From NCBI GenBank assembly GCA_046597055.1, contig JBKJLC010000186.1, positions 1 through 38,800 on the forward strand: a DNA stretch of 38,800 bases, read 5' to 3'. This DNA comes from Kofleriaceae bacterium. GTDB taxonomy: Bacteria > Myxococcota_A > Polyangia > Haliangiales > Haliangiaceae. The notes below the pieces were generated by a model. It was not told the DNA's origin. It saw only the letters and a program-made list of their open reading frames with translations, and did no database searches. The translations under genes were made by a program, and so were the position numbers. The stretch's first letter is position 1. Each line of letters starts with the position of its first letter. Positions 1 through 8,767 of the stretch are shown one piece after another.

Positions 1-1
1 T

Positions 2-391
2 GTCGCCCGTCTCGTCGTCAGTCAGCTCGGTCCGGTGGTGCGCGCGCTCAAGCAGCACGACCGCGATCTGGCGCGGCAGCTCCAGCGCGCCTCGAGCAGC
101 GTCCTGCTCAACATCGAAGAGGGGCGCAAGCGCGTGGCGGGCGATCAGCGTCGCTCGTTCGAGATGGCCTGCGGTAGCGCCAGCGAGGTGCGCGCCGCGG
201 TCGAGCTCGCTGCCCTGTGGGGCTGGGTCACCGGCGATCCACAGCTCGACGCCGACATGGATCGCCTGGTCGCCCTGCGCTGGGGCGCCAGCCGGCCCAA
301 GGCGCCCAGGGGAACCGCGCCCGCGCCCACACACGCGCCGGAGCCCGCGCCCCCGCCCGCACTCGAGCCTGCGCTCACGCCCGCGGGCTGA
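2..391 (+). CDS. Four-helix-bundle protein (IVS-encoded protein/bAvd-like family), 5' end outside window
   Basis: Frame is open from the window edge (VARLVVSQLGPVVRALKQHDRDLARQLQRASSSVLLNIEEG...FEMACGSASEV). QL.RA..SV..NI.EG and A.GS..E are family hallmarks. The Pro/Ala tail comes from the downstream repeat. Confidence 0.85.
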   Translation, partial: VARLVVSQLGPVVRALKQHDRDLARQLQRASSSVLLNIEEGRKRVAGDQRRSFEMACGSASEVRAAVELAALWGWVTGDPQLDADMDRLVALRWGASRPKAPRGTAPAPTHAPEPAPPPALEPALTPAG

Positions 392-520
392 GCCCAGCCC
401 TGAGCCCGAGTTCGCGCTCACGCCCGAGCCCGGGTGATCCCGACCCGAGATCGAACCCGCGCCCACGCCAACGCGCGGGCGCGCGCCCGCGCCCATGCCC
501 GCGCCGGAACCGTCGCTGAG
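313..520. repeat. Degenerate hexamer-periodic repeat (consensus ~GCCCGC)
   Basis: gcccgc gcccac acacgc gccgga gcccgc gccccc gcccgc actcga gcctgc gctcac gcccgc...; the period-6 pattern continues past the stop codon with occasional phase shifts. Confidence 0.7.
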
Positions 521-543
521 CGGACGCGCGGCGAGGCTTCGTC

Positions 544-585
544 GGACCCGCGGTCGGGTCCCGGTTGGCCGGCACGCGTCGGCCG
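544..585. terminator. Two GC hairpins between the convergent four-helix-bundle genes
   Basis: GGACCCG-cggt-CGGGTCC (544-561) and TGGCCGGC-acgc-GTCGGCCG (566-585). No U-tract. Confidence 0.3.
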
Positions 586-597
586 GGGGCGGTCAGG

Positions 598-744
598 TCA
601 CTGCGCGGTGCAACGCAGGCCCCAGAGCAGCGCGATCATGCGGCGGGCGGTGCGATGGATCGCGGCGACGTCGCCGATCCATCCCCAGTCGTCGGCGGCC
701 TCCAGCGCGCCGCGCACCTCGAAGGCGCTGCCGGCGGCGAACTC
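598..744 (-). pseudogene. C-terminal remnant of a second four-helix-bundle paralog
   Basis: EFAAGSAFEVRGALEAADDWGWIGDVAAIHRTARRMIALLWG aligns without gaps to EMACGSASEVRAAVELAALWGWVTGDPQLDADMDRLVALRWG of the first gene (19/42 identical, hand count). The N-terminal half is replaced by a hexamer repeat. Confidence 0.8.
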
Positions 745-880
745 CTGCTCCTGCTCCTGCTCCCTCTCCCTCGCCCCCTCCTGCTCCCTCTCCTTCGCCC
801 GCTCCCTCTCCTTCGCCCCCTCCCGCTCCCGGCTCCCTCTCCTGGTCCCGCTCCCTCCTCCTTCTCCCCCTCCTGCTCCA
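742..880. repeat. Pyrimidine-rich degenerate hexamer repeat (CTCCNN)n, i.e. (NNGGAG)n on the minus strand
   Basis: CTCCTG CTCCTG CTCCTG CTCCCT CTCCCT CGCCCC CTCCTG CTCCCT CTCCTT CGCCCG CTCCCT CTCCTT... Confidence 0.85.
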
Positions 881-1029
881 CATCCCCGCCCCGCCCCCGC
901 ACCGACGCCACCCCTCGCGCACCGCCCGCCGCCCCGCCGGGCATCGGCTCCGGTTCGAGGGTAGTCTCGCCCACGCTCGACGCCCCGCCGGCTTCTCCGG
1001 CGCCCGTCGCGCGCTCCCCCGGAGAAACC

Positions 1030-4000
1030 ATGAACGCGACCGAGCTCCTCGACGCCGCCCGCAACGCGCTCGCGATCGGCAACCACGACGGCGGGATCGA
1101 CACGGCGTGCCTCGCCCACGCCCGCGCGACCGACGATGACGAGACGCGCACCCGGGCCGCGGTCCTCGTCGCCCGCGGCCTGGTCGGCAAGGAGCTCTTC
1201 TCGGACGCGATCGGCTGGTGCGATCAGGCGCTCGCGGCCGCCCCCGGCAGCGCCGAGGCCCTCGCCTACCGCGGCTGGTCACACCTCCACCTCGGACGCG
1301 TCGAGGAGGCCCAGCTCGACCTCGACCGCGCGGCCGCCGAGCCAGCCCCGGCCCTCGCCCACTACTTCCGCGCGGTGGCGCTGCGCCGCGCCGGTCGCCC
1401 CGACGAGGCGTACCCCGCGATTACCCGCGTCGTCGACGACGCCGAGCGCGGCGCCGGCGCCCTGCGCCAGCGTGGCCTGTGGCGGCTGGTCGACGGCGAT
1501 CGCGCCGCCGCGCTCACCGATCTCGCGGCCGCCGCCAGCCGGGGCGACGCCACGGCCGCCGTCAAGCTGCACGACGAGGACGCGCTCCCCGACGACAGCG
1601 AGAGCCAGCTCACCTGGGCCGGCGCGGTCGCCGACCAGGATCCCGAAAGCGCGATCATGCTGCTCGAGCAGATGATCGCCAGCGACCTGCCGGCGCCCGT
1701 GCGCGCGCGCGTCCATGCCCGCCGCGGGTTGCTGGCCAACTGGCAGAGCCAGATGGTGCTCGCCGCCGATCACTACGTGCGCGCGGCCGAGCTCACCCCC
1801 GATGACCCCGAGCTGCTGATCCAGCTCGGCCGCGCGCTGTACAACGCCGATCGCGACGAGGAGGGCCGGGGCGTGCTCGAGCGCGCGCTCACGCTCGGCG
1901 CCCGCGGCGGGACCGCCGAGGGCTTCCTCGGCGATATCCACTTCGTCGCCCACCGCAACGAGGAGGCGGTCGCCTGCTACCAGCGGGCGCTCGCGCTGTC
2001 GCCGCGCAACGCCGGGATCATGGCGCGGTGCGCCTCGGCGCTGTCCAACCTCGACCGCGACGACGAGGCCAGCGAGCTGCGCCTCGACGCCGCGATCGCC
2101 GGCGACCTCAGCGCGATCGAGCTGTGCGATCAGCTCGGCATCGAGCTGCCGCAGACGCTGTTCGACGCCGGCGGCACCGGCCTCCAGTACGGCGGCGAGC
2201 CGATGGCGATCGCGAGCGGCCTGCGCCGCGCCGCCGAGCTGTGGCTGGCGCGCAGCCGCGCGCCCGGCGACTTCGGCGCTCGTCACGCGGCGATGGCGCT
2301 GTCGAACCAGGCCTACGCGCTCGGCCTGGCCGGTCAGCGCGAGGACGCGGTGGCCGCCGGCCGCCGCGCGGTCGAGCTGCGGCCCGGCTTCCGCGACGGC
2401 TGGAACAACCTCGGCAACCAGCTGGCCGCGGCGGGCCAGCTCGCCGAGGCGGTCGCGGCGTTCGAGCGGTGCGCGTGGTGCGACCCGGGCTTCGCGGGCG
2501 CGCCGTACGGCATGGCCGATGCCCTGCGCAAGCTCGGCCGGGCCGACGAGGCGGTCGTCGCGCTCGAGCGTGCCGCCGCGATCGGCTACCAGGATCCCAA
2601 GCGTCAGAGCGACATCCATTTCCGGCTCGCGCGCGGCATGCAGGCGCTCGGGCGCTGGGCCGAGGCCAGCACGCAGTACGCGCACATGGCGCGCCTGACC
2701 GGCAGCGAGGACGACGTGGCGATGGCCGCCGCGGTCGACCGCATCGCCGAGCTCGCCGCCGCCGGGCCATCGGCCCTGACCCCGGCACCCTACCGGCGCT
2801 ACGGCCTGCGGCCCGAGCGGTGGGCGCAGACCCGCGAGCTCGCGTGCCGACTGCAGCTCGCCACCGAGCCCGACGAGCCGACCCGCGCCGCGATCGCACG
2901 GGCGGCCCTGCTCGCGGTGAACCAGCGCGGCGCCGAGCTCGAAGGCTCGCTGTGGTGGAGCGACCGGTTCGTGGTCGCGGTGATCACACCCGAAGAGGCG
3001 TCCGACCTGCCCGAGCGCGCGGTCGGTGCGCTCGAGGCGCTGGTCGATGCCGTCCACGCGGTCGCGCCGCTGCGCGAGGCGGTCGGCCTGTCCGCGGTCG
3101 GCCTGTCGGTCGGCGATCCCGGCGAGTCCTGGTCGATCGCGACCCAGCCGGTGCCCGACCCCGGCCCCGAATATCCGCGCCACGTCGGCTTCTGGATCGG
3201 CGGCGTCATCGACGTGGCCGGGTTCGCGCCGCTGGCCCCGGCGGCCGCCGCCGAGGCCGCGATGCACCAGGTGCGCACCGACATCGCGCGCCGGGACGCC
3301 GACGCGTGGATCGGCGATGCCCGCGCCCGCCAGGAGCGCGGAGAGATCGTCATCATCCCGGTCGAGGGCGAGCCCCCGACCCCGCCTGGCCACGGCCTGG
3401 GCGACCGGGTTGGCCCCGACGACTACGCGCGCACCGCCGGCGGCGCCGGCGTCATCCTGCGCCGGCACGACGGCTACTACCCCGGCGTCGACCGCATCAC
3501 CGCGAGCGGTGAGGTCGCCACCGTGCTCCCGGTCGACAGCGCGACGCCGCTCTTGCTCCGCCACGTCGATGCGGTGTCGGTGTCGCCCGACGGCCGATGG
3601 GCGCTGTACGCGACCGCGCTGCAGCGCGAGCTGTGGCGGCTCGAGATCGCGACCGGCGCGACCGTGAAGCTGGCCGAGCTGCCGCGCAAGGTGGTGGCGA
3701 CCGCGTTCTTCGCCAGCGGCGAACTGATGGTCCGCACCGAGGCGGCGCTGCGCATCTACCGGATGACCGGCGACGAGGTCGAGCTGATCGGCCGGGCCAG
3801 CACCGAGCTCGGAACCGCCACCGTGGTCGGGGGCGGCCGCATCATCGTCATCGGTCAGCTCGAGGCGCCCCAGGTCGTCGTCTACGGCTGGTCCGACGGC
3901 GTGCTGGCCCGGCTCGCCCGGATCACCGCGCCGATCAACTGCTACACGATCGGGACCGTCGACGGCCGGGTGTTCGCGCGCACCGAGCTGCCGGTCGAGA

Positions 4001-5001
4001 TCGTCAACCTCGAGGCCTCGTGGGAGCGGTTCGCGGCCTGGCGGCGCGAGCGCACCGCCGCGCACGCCGCGCTGACCGGACTGGTCGTCGAGGAGATCTC
4101 GGGCGGGCCCTCGCCGGGCATCCAGGAGGGCCCAGCCGCGCTGCGCGACGAGGTGTCGTGGCTGGTGACCGGACCCGCCGGCCTCTCGTTCGCGCTGGCC
4201 AGCGACGACGACGACGGCTATCGCGCGGTCGCCGGCGACGAGGACGGCCCGCACGAGCTCGAGCCGCCGATCGCCGCGCCGAGCTTCGTCTACGACTGGC
4301 GACCCGACGGCAAGGCGGTGCTGGCGGTCGCCAACGGCGCGCTGCACGAGATCGATCTGGTCGCGCGCACGACCCGGCCGCTCGGCGAGGGCGTCGACCG
4401 CGCCTGCTACACCCGCGACGGCTACGCCGCGGCCGAGGGCACCGAGCTGGTGCTGTACCGCTGGGCCGCCGGTGGCGACGCCGAGCCGGTCGAGCTCGGC
4501 CGGCTCGCGGTCGACGAAGATCTCGAGGAGCTGGGCTGGACCGCCGAGGGCGCCGCCCTGGTCGTCGTGGTCGACGGCCACACGTCGATCCTCGCGATCG
4601 ACGGCGGCGTCATGCGCCCGCTCGGCTCGGTCGAGCTCGATGGCTGGTACTGCATCTGGAACCTCGACGGCGTGACCTACCTGCAGCTGTCCTACGAGGG
4701 CGCGCCCCGGCCGATCCATCAGTTCCGCCTGATCGGCGTCGCGGCCGCGATCGCGGCCGCCGCGGCGGCCACCCCGATCGACGAGCTGATCACCGACGAG
4801 CTGCCGGTCGCGACGCTGTGGCAGATGGGCCTCTATCCGGCCGAGACCACCTGGTCGACCGGGCCCGTCGTCGAAGAGGAGGATGACCTCGATGATGACG
4901 ATGACGATGACGACGAGGATGACGACGATGACGACGACGATCTGGATGACTTCGACGATGGCGACGACGATGACCTCGACGCCGACAGCGACGACGAGTA
5001 G
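1030..5001 (+). CDS. Large TPR-repeat protein with two C-terminal beta-propeller-like modules and an acidic tail
   Basis: ATG 1030 preceded by GGAG at 1021. Many TPR motifs (EALAYRGWSHLHLGRVEEA, DGWNNLGNQLAAAGQLAEA). SPDGRW and RPDGKA propeller-type turns. 35 of the last 42 residues are D/E. Confidence 0.85.
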   Translation: MNATELLDAARNALAIGNHDGGIDTACLAHARATDDDETRTRAAVLVARGLVGKELFSDAIGWCDQALAAAPGSAEALAYRGWSHLHLGRVEEAQLDLDRAAAEPAPALAHYFRAVALRRAGRPDEAYPAITRVVDDAERGAGALRQRGLWRLVDGDRAAALTDLAAAASRGDATAAVKLHDEDALPDDSESQLTWAGAVADQDPESAIMLLEQMIASDLPAPVRARVHARRGLLANWQSQMVLAADHYVRAAELTPDDPELLIQLGRALYNADRDEEGRGVLERALTLGARGGTAEGFLGDIHFVAHRNEEAVACYQRALALSPRNAGIMARCASALSNLDRDDEASELRLDAAIAGDLSAIELCDQLGIELPQTLFDAGGTGLQYGGEPMAIASGLRRAAELWLARSRAPGDFGARHAAMALSNQAYALGLAGQREDAVAAGRRAVELRPGFRDGWNNLGNQLAAAGQLAEAVAAFERCAWCDPGFAGAPYGMADALRKLGRADEAVVALERAAAIGYQDPKRQSDIHFRLARGMQALGRWAEASTQYAHMARLTGSEDDVAMAAAVDRIAELAAAGPSALTPAPYRRYGLRPERWAQTRELACRLQLATEPDEPTRAAIARAALLAVNQRGAELEGSLWWSDRFVVAVITPEEASDLPERAVGALEALVDAVHAVAPLREAVGLSAVGLSVGDPGESWSIATQPVPDPGPEYPRHVGFWIGGVIDVAGFAPLAPAAAAEAAMHQVRTDIARRDADAWIGDARARQERGEIVIIPVEGEPPTPPGHGLGDRVGPDDYARTAGGAGVILRRHDGYYPGVDRITASGEVATVLPVDSATPLLLRHVDAVSVSPDGRWALYATALQRELWRLEIATGATVKLAELPRKVVATAFFASGELMVRTEAALRIYRMTGDEVELIGRASTELGTATVVGGGRIIVIGQLEAPQVVVYGWSDGVLARLARITAPINCYTIGTVDGRVFARTELPVEIVNLEASWERFAAWRRERTAAHAALTGLVVEEISGGPSPGIQEGPAALRDEVSWLVTGPAGLSFALASDDDDGYRAVAGDEDGPHELEPPIAAPSFVYDWRPDGKAVLAVANGALHEIDLVARTTRPLGEGVDRACYTRDGYAAAEGTELVLYRWAAGGDAEPVELGRLAVDEDLEELGWTAEGAALVVVVDGHTSILAIDGGVMRPLGSVELDGWYCIWNLDGVTYLQLSYEGAPRPIHQFRLIGVAAAIAAAAAATPIDELITDELPVATLWQMGLYPAETTWSTGPVVEEEDDLDDDDDDDDEDDDDDDDDLDDFDDGDDDDLDADSDDE

Positions 5002-5010
5002 CCTCCGGCG

Positions 5011-5652
5011 GTGAAGCGCTACGCGGTCAAGGAGGTCTTCTACACGCTGCAGGGCGAGGGCGCCCAGACCGGGCGGGCCGCGGTGTTCCTGCGCTTCACC
5101 GGATGCAACCTGTGGACGGGGCGCGCCGAGGATCGCGGCAAGGGCCCGGGCGGCTGCGCGGCCTGGTGCGACACCGACTTCGTCGGCACCGACGGCCTCG
5201 GCGGCGGCAAGTACAGCGCGGACGAGCTGGCCGCGCAGGTCGCCCGCACCTGGCAGGGCGCCGGCGGCCAGCCGCTGGTCGTGTGTACCGGCGGCGAGCC
5301 CCTGCTCCAGCTCGACGCGGCGCTGATCGATGCGCTCCACGGCGTCGGCTTCACGATCGCGATCGAGACCAACGGCACCCAGGCGGTGCCGACCGGCATC
5401 GACTGGGTCTGCGTCAGCCCCAAGGCCGGCGCGCCCCTGGTCATCACCGGCGGCGACGAGCTCAAGCTGGTGTACCCGCAGCCCGAGGTGCCGCCCGCGA
5501 GCGTCGAGCACCTGCCCTTCCGTCACTACTTCCTGCAGCCGCTCGACGGCCCCGACGCCGCCGCCAACACCCAGGCCTGCCTCGCCTACTGCCTGGCGCA
5601 CCCGCGCTGGCGCATCTCCTTGCAGACCCACAAGTTGCTGAACATCCCCTGA
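5011..5652 (+). CDS. queE: 7-carboxy-7-deazaguanine synthase (radical SAM), long-spacer type
   Basis: YAVKEVFYTLQGEG, FLRFTGCNLW...CAAWCDTDF, VCTGGEPLLQ, IETNGT, CVSPK and WRISLQTHK motifs. Confidence 0.95.
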   Translation: MKRYAVKEVFYTLQGEGAQTGRAAVFLRFTGCNLWTGRAEDRGKGPGGCAAWCDTDFVGTDGLGGGKYSADELAAQVARTWQGAGGQPLVVCTGGEPLLQLDAALIDALHGVGFTIAIETNGTQAVPTGIDWVCVSPKAGAPLVITGGDELKLVYPQPEVPPASVEHLPFRHYFLQPLDGPDAAANTQACLAYCLAHPRWRISLQTHKLLNIP

Positions 5653-5703
5653 CCGTCTCGGCGATTTCATGCGCCGGTCGGCCAGGCGCACCGTTCTCGC
5701 AGC

Positions 5704-6363
5704 ATGACCGCTCCCCACCTGACCCGCCGCCGGCTGCTGGGCTCGAGCCTGGGCGCCGCCGTGCTCGCCGCGTGTGGCGGTCGCACCGGCCGCACCGGCC
5801 GCACCGATGCCGCCCTGGCGCCGACGCCGCAGGTCCCCGACGACGACGCCGCGGCGACCCGGTTCGACGCCCACCCCGCCACCTGCGCCGCCACCGCCGA
5901 CAACATCGAGGGCCCGTTCTTCAAGGCCGGCGCGCCCGAGCGGGCGGTGCTCGCCGACCGGGGCGTGCCTGGCGATCGCCTCGAGCTCGCCGGGGTGGTC
6001 CGCGGCGTCGACTGCGCCCCGCTGGCCGGCGCGCGGCTCCAGATCTGGCAGGCCGACGCCCGCGGCGGCTACGACCTCGACGGCTGGGGCCTGCGCGGCC
6101 AGCTCCGCACCGACGGTGCGGGCCGCTGGCAGGTGTCGACCATCGTGCCCGGCCGCTACCTGAACGGTCGGCGCTACCGGCCGCGCCACGTGCACGTGAA
6201 GCTGCACGCGCCCGGCCACGTCGCGCTCACCACCCAGCTCTACTTCCCCGGCGATCCGTACAACCAGGACGATCCGTTCTTCCTCGGCGCGCTCCTCATG
6301 CGCGGCCAGCGCCGCGGCGACACCCTCCACGCCGGCCTCGACCTCGTCCTCGCCGCCGCCTGA
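5704..6363 (+). CDS. Intradiol ring-cleavage dioxygenase family, predicted Tat lipoprotein
   Basis: TRRRLL plus LAAC lipobox. EGPFF, IWQADARGGY, LRG, TIVPGRY and RPRHVH give the 2 Tyr + 2 His iron-ligand pattern. TTQLYF. Confidence 0.9.
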   Translation: MTAPHLTRRRLLGSSLGAAVLAACGGRTGRTGRTDAALAPTPQVPDDDAAATRFDAHPATCAATADNIEGPFFKAGAPERAVLADRGVPGDRLELAGVVRGVDCAPLAGARLQIWQADARGGYDLDGWGLRGQLRTDGAGRWQVSTIVPGRYLNGRRYRPRHVHVKLHAPGHVALTTQLYFPGDPYNQDDPFFLGALLMRGQRRGDTLHAGLDLVLAAA

Positions 6364-6418
6364 CGCGCCCGCGCACGCGCGCCGGCCGCGTCACCATCGC
6401 GCGGTGTACCATCGCGCG

Positions 6419-7780
6419 ATGCGCGTCGTCTTCCTCGAGGTCGACACCGAACGGTCGTGGTCGGTGGCGTCGATCGGTCCCGGCTTCATCGGCGCCTACC
6501 TGCGCCAGCACGGCCACGAGGTCGGCTTCGTGCGGGCGACCGTCGACATGCGCGACGACGAGGTGGTGGCCGCGGTCATCGCCGCCGGGCCCGCGCTGCT
6601 CGGCGTGTCGCTCACCACCCGGCAGTGGTTGCGGGGCGCTCACCTGGTCGCGCAGGTCCGCCAGCGGCTCGACGTGCCGGTGGTCGCCGGCGGGCTCCAC
6701 CCGACCTTCTCGCCCGAAGAGGTGCTGGCCGCGCCCGGCTTCGACTTCGTGTGCCTCGGCGAAGGCGAGGAGGCCGCGCTCGAGCTGGTCACCGCGCTCG
6801 AGGGCGGCGCCCGCCCCGGCTCGCTGCTGGACGGCCGCCTGGCCCGGATCGCCAACATCTGGAGCCGCGGCCGGGCCAAGCCGGCCCTGCGGGCGCCGTT
6901 CGATCCGCTCGATCGGCTGCCGTTCCTCGCCCGCGATCTGCTCGACGAGCCGCGCGGCACCGTGCACATGGCGACCCAGCGCGGCTGCCCGTTCCCGTGC
7001 ACGTACTGCGCGGCGCGCATGTACGACGAGCTGTACGAGGAGGTCGGCGCCGGCGATTACGGTCGCCGCCGCAGCGCCGACAACGTGCTCGCCGAGCTCG
7101 AGGCCCTCCGCGACGACGATCGCCTCGGCTACGTGATCTTTCTCGACGACACCTTCACCATCAACCATCCGTGGGTGCGCGCGTTCGGCGCCGCCTACCG
7201 CGAGCGCATCGGCGCTCCGTTCTCGCTCCACGCCCGGGTCGAGACCGTGAACGAGAAGATGCTGCACCAGCTGGCCGCCGCGGGCTGCTCGATGATCACC
7301 TACGGCGTCGAGAGCGGCAGCGAGCGCGTGCGCCGCGAGATCATGCACCGCCCGGTCACCAACCAGCGCTTCCGCGACGTGTTCCGGTGGACCCGCGAGG
7401 CCGGCATCCTCCTGACCTGCAACTTCATGCTCGGCCTGCCCGGCGAGACCCGGGCCGACCTGCAGCAGACGCTCGACCTGGCCGAGGAGCTCGACGTCCT
7501 CGACTTCGGCTACTTCGTCTTCTATCCGTACCCGGGCACCCAGCTGTTCAAGGAGTGCCGCGACAAGGGGTACCTGCCGGCCGACTACCTGACGCGGCCG
7601 GCCAACCACCGCGCGTCGATCCTGAACCTGCCCGACCTCAGCCAGGAGGTCATCGGCGACTACTACGACCGGTTCACCCAGCTGCGTCGGCGCATGTACC
7701 TGCGCCGCAACGGCACCGCCGCTCCCGACGACATCCCGGCCGCGATCGACCACGTCCACGACCTCGCGGTGGCCGGATAG
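6419..7780 (+). CDS. Cobalamin-binding radical SAM protein (class B methylase-like)
   Basis: N-terminal B12-binding domain (VVAGGLHPT, VCLGEGE), RGCPFPCTYC, FLDDTF, YGVESGS, FMLGLPGET, PYPGT. Confidence 0.92.
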   Translation: MRVVFLEVDTERSWSVASIGPGFIGAYLRQHGHEVGFVRATVDMRDDEVVAAVIAAGPALLGVSLTTRQWLRGAHLVAQVRQRLDVPVVAGGLHPTFSPEEVLAAPGFDFVCLGEGEEAALELVTALEGGARPGSLLDGRLARIANIWSRGRAKPALRAPFDPLDRLPFLARDLLDEPRGTVHMATQRGCPFPCTYCAARMYDELYEEVGAGDYGRRRSADNVLAELEALRDDDRLGYVIFLDDTFTINHPWVRAFGAAYRERIGAPFSLHARVETVNEKMLHQLAAAGCSMITYGVESGSERVRREIMHRPVTNQRFRDVFRWTREAGILLTCNFMLGLPGETRADLQQTLDLAEELDVLDFGYFVFYPYPGTQLFKECRDKGYLPADYLTRPANHRASILNLPDLSQEVIGDYYDRFTQLRRRMYLRRNGTAAPDDIPAAIDHVHDLAVAG

Positions 7781-7820
7781 CACCGCCGAGCCGCGACGCG
7801 GACCGCGATCGGGGTCGGGG

Positions 7821-8513
7821 TCACCGCGGTGGCACCACCGGGGTCGACGCGGTGGCGGCGACGCGGATCGTCGCAGTCCCGAACGAGGTGTCCGACGACG
7901 ATGGCGTGGCATAGGAACTGACCGATGCCTGCCAGCCGACCGGCCCGGGCTGGGTCGGCGCCGGGAAGCGGACCGCGTCATGGGCGGCGACATGACAGAA
8001 CGGACCGCCGTAGCCATCGCCCATGCCCAGGTAGCCCCCGGCCGCCGCCGGTTCGCTGGTCCACTCGATGACGACGTCGACCCCGTCGTCGACCGCGGTG
8101 AGGGTGGGGATGGGGGCCGGCGTGGCCGGCAGCGCCAGCTCGATCTCGTCGCCGTTGTCGGCGGTGACCACCAGCGTGGCGCCGCGCGCGCCGAGGACGG
8201 CCGCCTCGAGATACATGCCGCCCGGCCAGTCATACTCGGCGCGCGCGACCACGGTCCCGCCGAGCTCCACCCGCGCGCCTTCGAGCCAATCGCCGGGGAG
8301 CTCGCCGCCGCAATCCCACGCGTCACTGGTGGTGCCGCACGCGCCGAGCGCCACCGGTTGGCCCTGGTCACACAGGGTGGGCCGCTCGACCTCGATCGCC
8401 GACAACCGGACGCCGTTCTCCGTGACCACGACGGTCATCGCCAGTTCCGGGCCCGGCGCTCCCGAACAGGCAGCCAGGATCAGCGGAACACCGAGCAGGT
8501 GGAGGGAGCGCAT
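7821..8513 (-). CDS. Hypothetical lipoprotein
   Basis: MRSLHLLGVPLILAAC lipobox, beta-rich sequence, TATCGT box 6 nt upstream of the ATG. Confidence 0.75.
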   Translation of the reverse strand: MRSLHLLGVPLILAACSGAPGPELAMTVVVTENGVRLSAIEVERPTLCDQGQPVALGACGTTSDAWDCGGELPGDWLEGARVELGGTVVARAEYDWPGGMYLEAAVLGARGATLVVTADNGDEIELALPATPAPIPTLTAVDDGVDVVIEWTSEPAAAGGYLGMGDGYGGPFCHVAAHDAVRFPAPTQPGPVGWQASVSSYATPSSSDTSFGTATIRVAATASTPVVPPR

Positions 8514-8599
8514 GCACCCACGATAGGCCACACCCTCCGATCGGTGCGTGACCCGGCTCGCCCGCACGCCGGCAAACTTCCACCGTCGCCGGGCGAAGA

Positions 8600-8689
8600 A
8601 TCATCGCGGTGCGGGCTGGGGCCCGGGGCTCCGGGGCCTCGGGAGCAACCGCGGTGATCGGGCACTTGCGACCTGGGGCTTCGGCCCCA
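8600..8689. other. Structured intergenic segment (long stem plus cUUCGg hairpin)
   Basis: ATCATCGCGGT (8600-8610) pairs with ACCGCGGTGAT (8648-8658). TGGGGC-TTCG-GCCCCA at 8674-8689. Confidence 0.4.
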
Positions 8690-8767
8690 CCGCCGGGGCC
8701 TGGAATCCCATGCAATTTCAATAACTTCCCGTGACCCGAAACCGTGCAGAGTGCTCTCTATCCACGC

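Noticed and set aside
565..1029. N-terminal extension of the TPR ORF
   Set aside because: Translates the antisense of the four-helix remnant and the CTCC repeat. ATG 1030 has a GGAG RBS and an upstream TAGTCT box.
1279..6330. 1683-aa minus-strand ORF (also 35658-38741 +, 19448-21469 +, 27246-29162 - and similar)
   Set aside because: Antisense shadows of real genes, typical of high-GC DNA; no motifs, and fully overlapping well-supported CDSs.
5011..7780. queE + dioxygenase + B12 radical SAM as a deazapurine biosynthetic or DNA-modification cluster
   Set aside because: No queC/queD/folE/dpdA nearby, the dioxygenase is exported, and the radical SAM gene has its own -10-like box.
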